Assembly (NCBI GenBank): GCA_046715215.1
Contig: JBKJZK010000047.1
Location: 1-36,998 of the forward strand
Source: Nitrospiraceae bacterium
Lineage (GTDB): Bacteria > Nitrospirota > Nitrospiria > Nitrospirales > Nitrospiraceae
Direction: 5' to 3'
Length of the DNA: 36,998 nt
Part shown: positions 8,592-17,236 of the stretch, piece by piece
How positions within the stretch are numbered: position 1 is the stretch's first letter
Layout of the letters: each line of letters opens with the position of its first letter
Program-made: the position numbers and the translations under genes
Notes under the pieces: generated by a model
What the model was told of the DNA's origin: nothing
The model's database searches: none
The model's input: only the letters and a program-made list of their open reading frames with translations

Positions 8592-10532
8592 TCATAATCG
8601 CCATGCAGCCACCTCCGCCATCGAGCCATAGGAAGAGGCGGCCGGATCTTCGCCGTCGAGAAACAGCCGCTGCCACAGCTCCAAATTCATGAGCAACCAC
8701 AGTCGATCGGTATGGGAACGACGTCCGCTTCGATGTTCTTCCGCCATGCGCGTGACGGCGGCCGGCTTGAAGAGGCCGCGGGCCAGGGCTCGCGGCCCGA
8801 GCACCAGATCTTTCACTATCGGCCAATACGGTCCCTGCAGCCACCGGCCCAACGGAACCGGAAAGCCCATCTTGGGCCTCGTCAGAATCTCGTTCGGAAT
8901 GAGATGCCGAACGGCGTTCCGCAAGACCGCTTTGGTCTCCCACCCGTGCAGGCGGAACTGGCCGGGCATCGCCCCGACCAAGTCGACCAGTTCATGGTCG
9001 AGATACGGGACGCGGCTCTCGATCGACGCCGCCATACTCATCTGATCCTGCTTCATGAGTAACTCCACCAGATGCGTTTGCACATCCACATAGCTCATGC
9101 GTTCGAGCAGGCCTTCCTGATGTTCGTTCCAGTATCGAAGCCCGTCGGCGTGCGGATCGCGGGAAGTCAGGACCCCACTGTCCCGGATCAACTCGCGCTG
9201 CATTGCCGTGGGAAACACAGAGAAATTATCGAAAAACACTCCACGGGGACCAGGCGGATACGCCAGGAACGATCGCTCGGCATAGCGGCGGACGGCACTC
9301 GGAAGACCAGCAAGCATGCGCGCCACTCCACGACGGATCGTCTCCGGCGTCGCGCCCCAATACAGACGGCCCAGCCGCTCGTTCAGCGCCGTCACGCGGT
9401 AGCGGTAGTCGTAACCGAGAAACAGCTCATCCGCCCCTTCGCCGGTGAGGACGACCTTGACATGCTGCTGCGCCAGCTTGGACACAAAATACAGCGGCAC
9501 GCTGGAATTGAAGGCGATCGGTTCATCCTCGTGCCACACCAAGCGAGGCAGCGCCTGAAAGAATTCGTGAGGCGAGACAAGGACCTCGTGATACTCGGCT
9601 CCCACCGATCGGGCGGCGAGCCGCGCATAGGGCAATTCGTTGGCTTCTGCTTCCGAAAATCCGACTGAGAAGGCATGCAACGGGTGGGACACCGCCGGGG
9701 CCATCAGCGCCGCAAGCACCGTCGAGTCCAGTCCGCCGGACAGGAACAGCCCCACGGGCACATCGCTCATCAAATGACTGCACACAACAGATTCCAGCTT
9801 GGCGCGCACCTCCCGCCCTCGCTCCTGTAGGTCGGCGGGAGAACGATCGTTCAGGACCGGCGGATGCCAATACCGCCGCTCGCGAAATCCCTCGGCGGCG
9901 GACCAGGACAGCGTGCGGCCCGGAAGCAACTTGCGCACGCGCCGAAAGAACGTTTCTTCGCCCGCGACAAACCGGGACGCCAAAAACTCCGGCAGGATCG
10001 CGTCGTTGAATTCAGGACGAAATGCCTCCGCGGCCAGGATGCCCTTGATCTCCGAGGCAAACAGCAGCTCTTGGTCCGTGCAGGCGTAGTACAGCGGCTT
10101 GATACCCAGGCGATCGCGCGCGAGCAGCAGCCGGCCTTGCACGCGATCCCAGAGCGCAAACGCAAACATCCCGCGCAGCCGTTCGACACACCGCTCTCCC
10201 TCCTCCTCGTACAAGTGCAGGATTGTTTCGGTATCGCTGCGGGTGCGGTAGCGATGTCCACGCGCTTCCAGTTCCGGGCGCAACTGCGGGTGGTTGTAAA
10301 TTTCTCCGTTGAAGACGATCCAGACCGACTCGTCCTCATTGGCCATGGGCTGATGCCCCCCGGCCACGTCCACGATCGCCAACCGGCGATGAGCCAATCC
10401 GACCGGCCCATGGGACCATAGACCGGCCCCATCGGGACCACGGTGACGCTGCACATCGCGCATGCGGATCAGCCGGTCTTCTTCGATACGATCCCGCATA
10501 GAGAACTTGACGATGCCCGCAATCCCACACAT
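8592..10532 (-). CDS. Asparagine synthase family (glutamine-hydrolysing) amidotransferase, EPS-locus paralogue 1
   Basis: N-terminal Ntn nucleophile MCGIAGI; GATase block RGPDG...NGEIYN; PP-loop DVPVGLFLSGGLDST. RBS GGAGGAGG upstream of the ATG at 10532. Confidence 0.95.
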   Translation of the reverse strand: MCGIAGIVKFSMRDRIEEDRLIRMRDVQRHRGPDGAGLWSHGPVGLAHRRLAIVDVAGGHQPMANEDESVWIVFNGEIYNHPQLRPELEARGHRYRTRSDTETILHLYEEEGERCVERLRGMFAFALWDRVQGRLLLARDRLGIKPLYYACTDQELLFASEIKGILAAEAFRPEFNDAILPEFLASRFVAGEETFFRRVRKLLPGRTLSWSAAEGFRERRYWHPPVLNDRSPADLQERGREVRAKLESVVCSHLMSDVPVGLFLSGGLDSTVLAALMAPAVSHPLHAFSVGFSEAEANELPYARLAARSVGAEYHEVLVSPHEFFQALPRLVWHEDEPIAFNSSVPLYFVSKLAQQHVKVVLTGEGADELFLGYDYRYRVTALNERLGRLYWGATPETIRRGVARMLAGLPSAVRRYAERSFLAYPPGPRGVFFDNFSVFPTAMQRELIRDSGVLTSRDPHADGLRYWNEHQEGLLERMSYVDVQTHLVELLMKQDQMSMAASIESRVPYLDHELVDLVGAMPGQFRLHGWETKAVLRNAVRHLIPNEILTRPKMGFPVPLGRWLQGPYWPIVKDLVLGPRALARGLFKPAAVTRMAEEHRSGRRSHTDRLWLLMNLELWQRLFLDGEDPAASSYGSMAEVAAWRL

Positions 10533-10597
10533 GATGCTAGACCTCCTCCATGGCGATAGTGTGATCTCCGATTACTTGACCAGAACGGGGGAAGAAA

Positions 10598-10620
10598 TTC
10601 TGAGTTCTGAGTTCTGAGTT
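10598..10620. repeat. Tandem heptamer TTCTGAG x3.3
   Basis: ttctgag ttctgag ttctgag tt, in the intergenic gap between GT4 (stop 10661) and AsnB-1 (start 10532). Same word as at 16379-16440 and 26741-26840. Confidence 0.85.
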
Positions 10621-10642
10621 GTCGGAATCCGAAAACGCCTCA

Positions 10643-10665
10643 CGCTTCACGAACGACGCTTCACG
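10643..10665. repeat. CGCTTCACG direct repeat (x2, 14-nt period) overlapping the GT4 stop codon
   Basis: cgcttcacgaacga cgcttcacg. The second copy contains the TGA (10661-10663) of the GT4 gene. Confidence 0.7.
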
Positions 10666-11734
10666 CGGCGTGGCCCGTCTCTTGCAGTGCGTTTTCCGCC
10701 TGAGCCGGAGACATTGTGGACCGCCCGGAATAGACGTCCGCCCACGCGTTACGAACATGGGACCAGGTGTGAAGATCGAGGCGTTCCTTCGCGCGATAGC
10801 CGATCAGTTGTGCGAACCCCGGGCGCTCCAGTAGGACGGTCGCGGCTTTTGCCATCGTCCTCGGATCTTGCGGCGGCACGATCATTCCCGTAATCCCGTC
10901 CTGCAGCAGAGCGGGAATATCGCCCACGCCCGTCGTGACGACCGGAAGTCCCGAGGCCATGGCCTCCAGCACGGCAGTCGACTGATGATCCGCCAGGGAT
11001 GAATTCAAGAAGATGTCCGCTTCTTCATACAGGCGAGGCATGGCGGAAGGCTCGATCCTACCCAGGAATCGGATACCCCGGTTCCCCAGCGACTCGCTGA
11101 GCTGCCGCAATTCGTTTGCGTCGCTGCCGGTCCCCGCGATGGTCAAGGTCGCATCGGCATAGCGCGTGCGCAACAGCGCAAACGCCAGCAAGGTGTTTTC
11201 TACGCCCTGTTCGGGCTCGAGATTTCTTGTGGAGAGGAAATGGGGCCGGAGCGGCGCGCGCTTCCGATAATGGAACCGGCAGACATCCACGATCGCGGGA
11301 ATGACCTTTGCACGATGCCCGTGCTGCGCAAAGATCCGTTGAAACGACAGAGAGGGCACCACGATGTCATCGACTCGCGTCTTCCATGGACCCAGCACCC
11401 TCGCGTGATCGGCGGCATCTCCGTTGTAATAACTCAGCACCACCCGCTTGCCCCATCGCTTGGCGAGCAGAATAGGACCCGTCGCCGAAAGGAAGGATCG
11501 ATCAAGCGCGGCAAAAATATGGACGACGTCCGCCGCGCGGAGCTGTCTCATGCTGGAGAGTGGAAACGGAGGCTCGACGGGCAGAAAGACCACGTCGGAT
11601 CCCTCACGCTGTAATTTGCTGGCAAGTGTCGACGCCTGAGCCCCCTGCCCGCTTGGAATCTCCGGGCCTGGGGCGATCAAGGCAATGCGTGGACGCCCGG
11701 CGATAGTCATGTCGGAAGCAAGAGAATGAGTCAT
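10661..11734 (-). CDS. Family 4 (GT-B) glycosyltransferase, paralogue of 18435-19550
   Basis: ...RIALIAPG...; C-terminal E-x7-E region ADIFLNSSLADHQSTAVLEAMASGLPVVTTGVGDIPALLQDGITG. The listed ORF (to 12073) overlaps the AsnB-2 gene, so I used an internal start at 11734 (GAGGTG RBS). The ATG at 11710 (MTIAGRPRIAL, matching the MTLARPKIAL start of the paralogue) is an alternative. Confidence 0.85.
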   Translation of the reverse strand: MTHSLASDMTIAGRPRIALIAPGPEIPSGQGAQASTLASKLQREGSDVVFLPVEPPFPLSSMRQLRAADVVHIFAALDRSFLSATGPILLAKRWGKRVVLSYYNGDAADHARVLGPWKTRVDDIVVPSLSFQRIFAQHGHRAKVIPAIVDVCRFHYRKRAPLRPHFLSTRNLEPEQGVENTLLAFALLRTRYADATLTIAGTGSDANELRQLSESLGNRGIRFLGRIEPSAMPRLYEEADIFLNSSLADHQSTAVLEAMASGLPVVTTGVGDIPALLQDGITGMIVPPQDPRTMAKAATVLLERPGFAQLIGYRAKERLDLHTWSHVRNAWADVYSGRSTMSPAQAENALQETGHAA

Positions 11735-11799
11735 GGCGAACACCTCTGCGTGCATGGTGAAGTCTCCCGGCCGAACCTCAACCTTCTTCGCGCTGACGG

Positions 11800-13737
11800 C
11801 TAGAAAGCCTGTGATAGGCTGCGGCAGGCCCTCGATGCAGACAGGGACCGCTCCGGTCTGGTGCATGTGGGGCTGATCGGTTGACCGTCTAAGAACGTCT
11901 GGCACCACAATTCGAAGGAGATCAGCGTCCACAACTGATATTCCAGCGGACGTCCTTGTTCGTGCCGGCGAACCAACGCTTCGATCGCAGGCACATCCAG
12001 GATGCCCCTCCGCCGGCACGTCTCCGACAGGATGGTGTCCCTCATGAGCGAACCCAAGTGCCTGCGCAGCCATAATCCTATCGGAGGGGCAAATCCCTGT
12101 TTAGGGCGGTCCAACACCGTGTCCGGAACCAGACCCCGCAGCGCCCGTACAAAAATATGTTTGGTCCGTCCGCGCTTTAACTTCATCTCGACCGGAATCC
12201 GCGCGGCAAATTCCACGAACGTGTGATCGAGTAACGGCACCCTGGCTTCAAGGGAATGCGCCATACTCATGCGATCCACCTTGGTCAGGATGTCCAGTGG
12301 AAGGTAATGGTCCAGATCCATCGATTGGAGTTCGGACAGCCAGTGTCCGGTTCCATTGGTCAGGCGCTCGATGCGCGATCGCTCAGTGGGACAATGCAGC
12401 AAATGGGCCATGGCTTCTCTCGTCAAGACACGATGCCGGTCGCCTCGTTTGAACAATGTCACGGCGTCGAGATAGCGCTCCGGACCGGGCAAAAAAAAGT
12501 GATGCAGCCAGTTCTTCCCTCTCATGCCTTCCGGCATCGCACTGGACAGGCTTCCGAGCGCCTCTCTGGCGATGGCGGGAAGAAATCTGGCGCGGCGTTC
12601 CCGGCCTTCAACGACATATTTCGTGTATCCTGCAAACAATTCGTCGCCGCCGTCTCCGGACAGCACCACCTTGACGTGCTGTGCCGCCAGCTTCGACACC
12701 ATATACGTCGGAATTGCGGAAGAGTCCCCGAGGGGTTCATCCAGATCCCAGGCCAAATCCTTCAGGAGTTCCATGACATCCGGTTCCAGGATCAATTCAT
12801 GGTGGTCGGTGTCGAACCGCTCGGCCACCATCCTCGCATAGGGCAGTTCGTTGAAGTCCTGATCGCGAAATCCGATGGAAAATGTTTTCACGCGTCCCGG
12901 TGCCATGGACGACATGGCCGCAACGACCGCGCTCGAATCCGTGCCTCCGCTCAAAAAGGCGCCCACGGGCACATCGCTGACGAGATGCAGCCGGACGCAC
13001 TCCGTCAGACGCGCCCGCAACTCTTCCGCGACATCGTCCTCGGACCGGCCCATCTCCGGTCGAAACTGCAGGGTCCAATAGCGTTCGATTCGTGGCTCGC
13101 CGCCGGGCACGATCGACAACCGATGGCCCGGCTCCAATTTCCGCACGCCCGCCACGATACTGTCTGTCGGGGGAGTCGTCATATAGGCCAAGAGGTGGTC
13201 GAGCGAACCCCAGTTCACCCTCCGTTCCACCTCGGGAATCTGCAAGATGGATTTCAGCTCCGATGCGAAGAGCAGGCGTCCCTTGACCATGGCGTAGTAC
13301 AAGGGCTTGATGCCCAACCGGTCCCGCGCGAGCAACAGGCGACCTCGGCGGGTGTCCCACAGCGCAAAGGCGAACATGCCCCTCAACCGTTCCACGCAAC
13401 GGTCTCCCAGCTCTTCGTACAAATGGACGATGACTTCGGTGTCCGTTGCGGTGGAGAACTCGTGGCCTCGCCCGATCAGTTCACTGCGAAGTTCCCGGTA
13501 GTTATAGACCTCTCCGTTCAAGACCACCCAAACGGTGCGATCCTCGTTGCACACCGGTTGATGCCCCGTGTGCAAATCGATTATGCTTAACCGCCGCATT
13601 GCCAAACCGACCTCTTGCGCGAGATACACCCCTTCGTCGTCGGGGCCGCGCGCAATCATCGCGGCGCACATGGCATGCAACTCTTCTTCCATCACCGGAC
13701 GCCCGGTCAGGCTCAAAATGCCGGCAATACCGCACAT
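11800..13737 (-). CDS. Asparagine synthase family (glutamine-hydrolysing) amidotransferase, EPS-locus paralogue 2
   Basis: MCGIAGI nucleophile; NGEVYN; PP-loop DVPVGAFLSGGTDSS. Colinear with 8592-10532, with about half of residues identical by eye. Confidence 0.95.
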   Translation of the reverse strand: MCGIAGILSLTGRPVMEEELHAMCAAMIARGPDDEGVYLAQEVGLAMRRLSIIDLHTGHQPVCNEDRTVWVVLNGEVYNYRELRSELIGRGHEFSTATDTEVIVHLYEELGDRCVERLRGMFAFALWDTRRGRLLLARDRLGIKPLYYAMVKGRLLFASELKSILQIPEVERRVNWGSLDHLLAYMTTPPTDSIVAGVRKLEPGHRLSIVPGGEPRIERYWTLQFRPEMGRSEDDVAEELRARLTECVRLHLVSDVPVGAFLSGGTDSSAVVAAMSSMAPGRVKTFSIGFRDQDFNELPYARMVAERFDTDHHELILEPDVMELLKDLAWDLDEPLGDSSAIPTYMVSKLAAQHVKVVLSGDGGDELFAGYTKYVVEGRERRARFLPAIAREALGSLSSAMPEGMRGKNWLHHFFLPGPERYLDAVTLFKRGDRHRVLTREAMAHLLHCPTERSRIERLTNGTGHWLSELQSMDLDHYLPLDILTKVDRMSMAHSLEARVPLLDHTFVEFAARIPVEMKLKRGRTKHIFVRALRGLVPDTVLDRPKQGFAPPIGLWLRRHLGSLMRDTILSETCRRRGILDVPAIEALVRRHEQGRPLEYQLWTLISFELWCQTFLDGQPISPTCTRPERSLSASRACRSLSQAF

Positions 13738-13816
13738 AGCTGTTCCTTTGTGGAATGTCGGATAGGCCGCTCCGACGTTTTGCTGCCTTCAGCGGTGAGA
13801 CGACTGACCCGGGCGA

Positions 13817-15055
13817 CTATTCGTCCTGGACTTTCAGTCCCAGCCGGGTCCCGCCCTTCAGAAGCATGCGATAGGCGGCGTTCGTCCGAATACGGGGGAG
13901 CACTTTAAACTTGATCCGATGCAATAAGCGGGTGCTCGGACGGTTCGGAAACACGAACAGCCACGCATGCGGCCTCACGTCATCCGTCCAGATCATCTTC
14001 CAGTTTTCGGCGGCTCCGAGCAGATCGACCTCGTCATATTTGAGACGCCAGGCATCTTCCAGCATACGCCAGCACAGCAAATGGGACGGCGCGTAGGCCG
14101 CGAAACGCGGATCGTAGCCCGACTTTATGACATAGAGCTTGTTGTGAAACAGCAGGGTGATTTGCACCGACACCCGTTCGTCCTTCACAAGCAAAAAGTA
14201 CAGGCGCAACCACCCTTGCTGCACCGCAGATAGCATAAGCCGGCGGTAGAAGGCCTCAAGCTCCGGGCGGGAGACGATCGCCGTTCCGGCTTTCTGTTTC
14301 CACGCGGCACCCTCCAGCCTGAGAGCATCGTCCAATGCTTGAGACAGTCCTTCTCCTCCTTGAACGACTTCGTGCCTGACCGGACCGCGCCGGCTCAACC
14401 CTTTCAGCCGCCCCTTTAAATTCGTCACAAACTTGCGCGACAGACCTTTCCCGTACTCATCCCACGAGCGAATGATGGGAATGTACGGGCCCTGGTTAGA
14501 TGCCCAGGTGCCTACCAGAAACCCCTCGTCAATGGCCGAACGAGGAATCGCTTTCAACGTGTGGGCGTCGGGGGGTAACTGGCGCAGGTCCAGAACGTCC
14601 CATTCCCTCGAACGGGAGGCCAGAAATTTCCAAATCGCGCGGCACGCTTCCTCCGGACGGCGGGTCACGATGAAATCGAATCGCTCGGTATAGACATTAG
14701 CAATTCCGCGGAGACGCCGTACCGGGCAGCCGTAGATCCGGCCCCGATCCAGCATGAGCGGAGCGAGCGCCACCGTCCTCGACCCTTCCGTGACGATGAC
14801 GATAAACAAACTCCCCTCCGGTTTGAAACAGTCCCACCACGTGCGTACCCATTCGTGCCGGATGAAAGGGTGATCGATACCCGCCTCATCGACGAGCCGA
14901 TTCCAGACCGGTTCCAACCGGATGAAGGATTCGTAGTCCTGAATCAAGTCGATCTGCAGGTCTGTGGCCGGCGCCTCCATCACTCTCTCCGCGACTAGTT
15001 CCTGTGGTTGCACCGATTCCTGCTGCACAACTGAAACCATCGCCGCCGTGTGCAT
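13817..15055 (-). CDS. FemAB/CelD(BcsL)-like GNAT-fold acyltransferase (Acetyltransf_6-type), paralogue 1
   Basis: ...DYESFIRLEPVWNRLVDEAGIDHPFIRHEWVRTWWDCF... and C-terminal ...KSGYDPRFAAYAPSHLL...YDEVDLLGA. I chose the ATG at 15055 (GGAGG 8 nt upstream), which avoids overlap with the upstream gene ending at 15105. Confidence 0.8.
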   Translation of the reverse strand: MHTAAMVSVVQQESVQPQELVAERVMEAPATDLQIDLIQDYESFIRLEPVWNRLVDEAGIDHPFIRHEWVRTWWDCFKPEGSLFIVIVTEGSRTVALAPLMLDRGRIYGCPVRRLRGIANVYTERFDFIVTRRPEEACRAIWKFLASRSREWDVLDLRQLPPDAHTLKAIPRSAIDEGFLVGTWASNQGPYIPIIRSWDEYGKGLSRKFVTNLKGRLKGLSRRGPVRHEVVQGGEGLSQALDDALRLEGAAWKQKAGTAIVSRPELEAFYRRLMLSAVQQGWLRLYFLLVKDERVSVQITLLFHNKLYVIKSGYDPRFAAYAPSHLLCWRMLEDAWRLKYDEVDLLGAAENWKMIWTDDVRPHAWLFVFPNRPSTRLLHRIKFKVLPRIRTNAAYRMLLKGGTRLGLKVQDE

Positions 15056-15104
15056 GGCCCTTCCCTCCTGTCCCGCTCCGGATTCAGTCCGGAGGGCCCC
15101 GACG

Positions 15105-16334
15105 TTAAGCGACACCTGGCTCGAATGCTTCGACACCATTGAGCTGCGGACGCGTTTCATCACGCGGCCTGGAATTGCGCACGGATGGCCGCTGAAACGG
15201 CAGCACGATATTCAGCTCTCTCACTTGCTGTGCCATATAATCGATGTGCGGCCATGTGATGTCTTGATGGATCGGCAGTTCCAAGACATGCCGCCGAAGA
15301 AACCGGGCGTCCGGCCCCTCATGTTCCGCCGCTGAGGGATCGCCCTCATTCCACAGTTCCGTCGCCATCACGCCCCGCTGTGCCAAGGCGCCTGATGCGC
15401 GTTTTTTGTCCGCCACAAGAAGAGGAAAAAACAACGGACAGACGCCGGGCTGCAAATCGGTGCGTACGGCGGCATGGTTCGGCAGTTGCTCGCGCAGCCC
15501 GAGAAAGTTTTCCCGGCGACGACGTTGAATGGCCTCGTAATCGAGGCGCCCAAGTACGCGCCTCGACCAGGACGCCATGCCGATATCGACATGAGACGGA
15601 TTGAATCCCGTATCGCCGACGGGGATCCGTTCGATGTGAAGCCGGTTCAACATCCTTCCGATGCCTTGTTTCACCCCGGCCAATACCTGCCCCGCCGTCT
15701 CGTCACGGCTGCGAAGCCGCTCCATCCCCAGTTCGACGAGCCGCCCGGCCGTGAACATCCGGCCGGGAGGCTGCAACGGGAGTCTGGTGAGGTCGTCGAA
15801 GACATTGCGGTTCTGGACCAGCATCGCTCCATCCGGAAGCGGAAGCGTTTTGTACAGGCAAAAGGCTGCATAGTCGCCATAGGTTCCGACCGAACGTCCG
15901 TCCACGCCGGACAACAGAGCCAACGCACAATCCTCGACCAGCACCAGGTCGCATTCAGCACAGAGCTCGCTCAGTGCGTCCATGGGCTGAGGCCATCCGG
16001 CGTAATGGATGACAAACAACACGTGCGCCCCGCTTTCTCGACAGAGCCGGCGCAATGCCGCCATATCGATATCGAACCGGCGCGTGACGGGATACCACAC
16101 GATCTGTGCCCCCGCATAGCGAATGGCCCGCACCTCGTTGCCCATGTGGTAATCGGGCATCAAGACGACACGGCGGCCACGCTCCACTAACTTGCGAAAC
16201 ACCTGGTAGATCGCGTTGCGGGCAGTGTGAAAATACGTCGCATTCGGAGCGCTCAAAGGAAACGGCAAGGCCGCATTCCTCCCGACCGCGCACAGCTCGC
16301 GCAGACCCAGGCCTTGCCACGCAGGAAGATACAT
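15105..16334 (-). CDS. PLP-dependent aminotransferase-fold protein, divergent DegT/DnrJ/EryC1/StrS-like
   Basis: ARNAIYQVF...VLMPDYHMGNEV...LVEDCALAL...YGDYAAFCLYKTLPLPDGAML (putative PLP lysine in the position expected for this family). The assignment is by pattern only. Confidence 0.7.
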   Translation of the reverse strand: MYLPAWQGLGLRELCAVGRNAALPFPLSAPNATYFHTARNAIYQVFRKLVERGRRVVLMPDYHMGNEVRAIRYAGAQIVWYPVTRRFDIDMAALRRLCRESGAHVLFVIHYAGWPQPMDALSELCAECDLVLVEDCALALLSGVDGRSVGTYGDYAAFCLYKTLPLPDGAMLVQNRNVFDDLTRLPLQPPGRMFTAGRLVELGMERLRSRDETAGQVLAGVKQGIGRMLNRLHIERIPVGDTGFNPSHVDIGMASWSRRVLGRLDYEAIQRRRRENFLGLREQLPNHAAVRTDLQPGVCPLFFPLLVADKKRASGALAQRGVMATELWNEGDPSAAEHEGPDARFLRRHVLELPIHQDITWPHIDYMAQQVRELNIVLPFQRPSVRNSRPRDETRPQLNGVEAFEPGVA

Positions 16335-16378
16335 CAGGCGGTTCCTCCATCAAGGGTAAATCAACAGGGGGGAGTGGG

Positions 16379-16440
16379 GAGTTCTGAGTTCTGAGTTTTG
16401 AGTTCTGAGTTCTGAGTTAGTTCCGGACAACTCAGAACTC
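16379..16440. repeat. Tandem heptamer GTTCTGA x5.7 whose last units pair with a downstream inverted copy (12-bp perfect stem, 10-nt loop)
   Basis: ga gttctga gttctga gttttga gttctga gttctga gttag ttccggac AACTCAGAACTC. Stem is GAGTTCTGAGTT (16407-16418) with AACTCAGAACTC (16429-16440). On the plus strand it is followed by TTTTCTC. Confidence 0.9.
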
Positions 16441-16456
16441 TTTTCTCGCCCAATCC

Positions 16457-17152
16457 TTACGCAGCAAGTTTCTGCACCTCCATCAGTATTTCACGATCCT
16501 GCCTGATGATCTCGCCCACCGGGACCACTCGAACGCGAGACAGTCCACCCACCTTCAGGTAATCCACCATTGCCACTTCGTGCAACCCCGCTTTCAGCAC
16601 CGCCCGCCTCATGGGCATGTTGTCTTCTTCCACTTTGGTAATGATTTTTCTTATTCCTTCCTGCTTGAGACGTTGAGCGATCAAGGACCACGCCGCCGGA
16701 GCGATGCCGCGACCACGATAGTCCGCGTCCGTCACCGCCTCCTCCAGACAGGCCGTATTCGATGGGAGCCCCTTCCATCCGCCGCATGCTGCGATGGTGG
16801 GGATGCGTTCGCGGAAAATCCAGCAGCAAAACGCGGGGCGTTCCGCTTCGCGCACGATCCACAAGTCGCCGCCCTGTTCCAGCAATGTTTCCGCTGCACT
16901 CCATCCATAGAGATTCGACTGAGAGAGCAGGTCGAACTGCGCCCGACCGGAGCGTTGCAGTTCCAATCCTTTCGGCAGCGGACGATCGGCCTTGACCGCC
17001 TCGGGCGCTGCCGAATACCAGACGTGGCGTTCATGTCGATACAGAGCCGTGAACAGGTAGCGCACGGCATATCGAGCACCAAGAGTCAGGCAGCCGGCGA
17101 CCCCATGCCGAAGAATAACCCGCCTAAACCTGTTCATCTCATCCGTCCTCAT
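16457..17152 (-). CDS. GNAT-family N-acetyltransferase
   Basis: Acetyl-CoA motif A DADYRGRGIAPAAWSLIAQRLKQEG and downstream ...NMPMRRAVLKAGL. An alternative ATG at 17137 (MNRFRR) has a better SD-like AGGACGG upstream. Confidence 0.85.
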   Translation of the reverse strand: MRTDEMNRFRRVILRHGVAGCLTLGARYAVRYLFTALYRHERHVWYSAAPEAVKADRPLPKGLELQRSGRAQFDLLSQSNLYGWSAAETLLEQGGDLWIVREAERPAFCCWIFRERIPTIAACGGWKGLPSNTACLEEAVTDADYRGRGIAPAAWSLIAQRLKQEGIRKIITKVEEDNMPMRRAVLKAGLHEVAMVDYLKVGGLSRVRVVPVGEIIRQDREILMEVQKLAA

Positions 17153-17236
17153 GCAGCAAACGCATCTACTATCGTGGTGGTGGGACCATTGGAAGCGGTG
17201 CCGATAACCGATATACGCAGACGGCGCGGGCCCAGG

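Noticed and set aside
11735-12073. 5' extensions of listed ORFs that overlap upstream genes: 10661-12073 into AsnB-2, 19547-21166 into the deacetylase, 30702-31484 into the OM barrel, 13817-15163 into the DegT-like gene, and 24047-25543 into the Wzy-like gene.
   Set aside because: The extended N-termini are low-complexity and overlap well-supported coding sequence in another frame. Internal ATGs with Shine-Dalgarno motifs give N-termini that match the paralogues.
12256-13590. Long plus-strand ORFs antisense to the operon (for example 12256-13590, 444 aa; also 5641-6702, 19808-20761, 23022-24152, 31933-32769).
   Set aside because: Each lies entirely opposite a minus-strand gene with unmistakable family motifs. 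Their translations are Arg/Pro/Gly/His-rich with no recognisable domains, the usual shadow ORFs of GC-rich DNA.
16379-16420. Tandem repeats as a possible CRISPR array.
   Set aside because: The period is 7-9 nt with no unique spacers, the total length is under 65 nt, and there are no cas genes. These are simple or inverted intergenic repeats.
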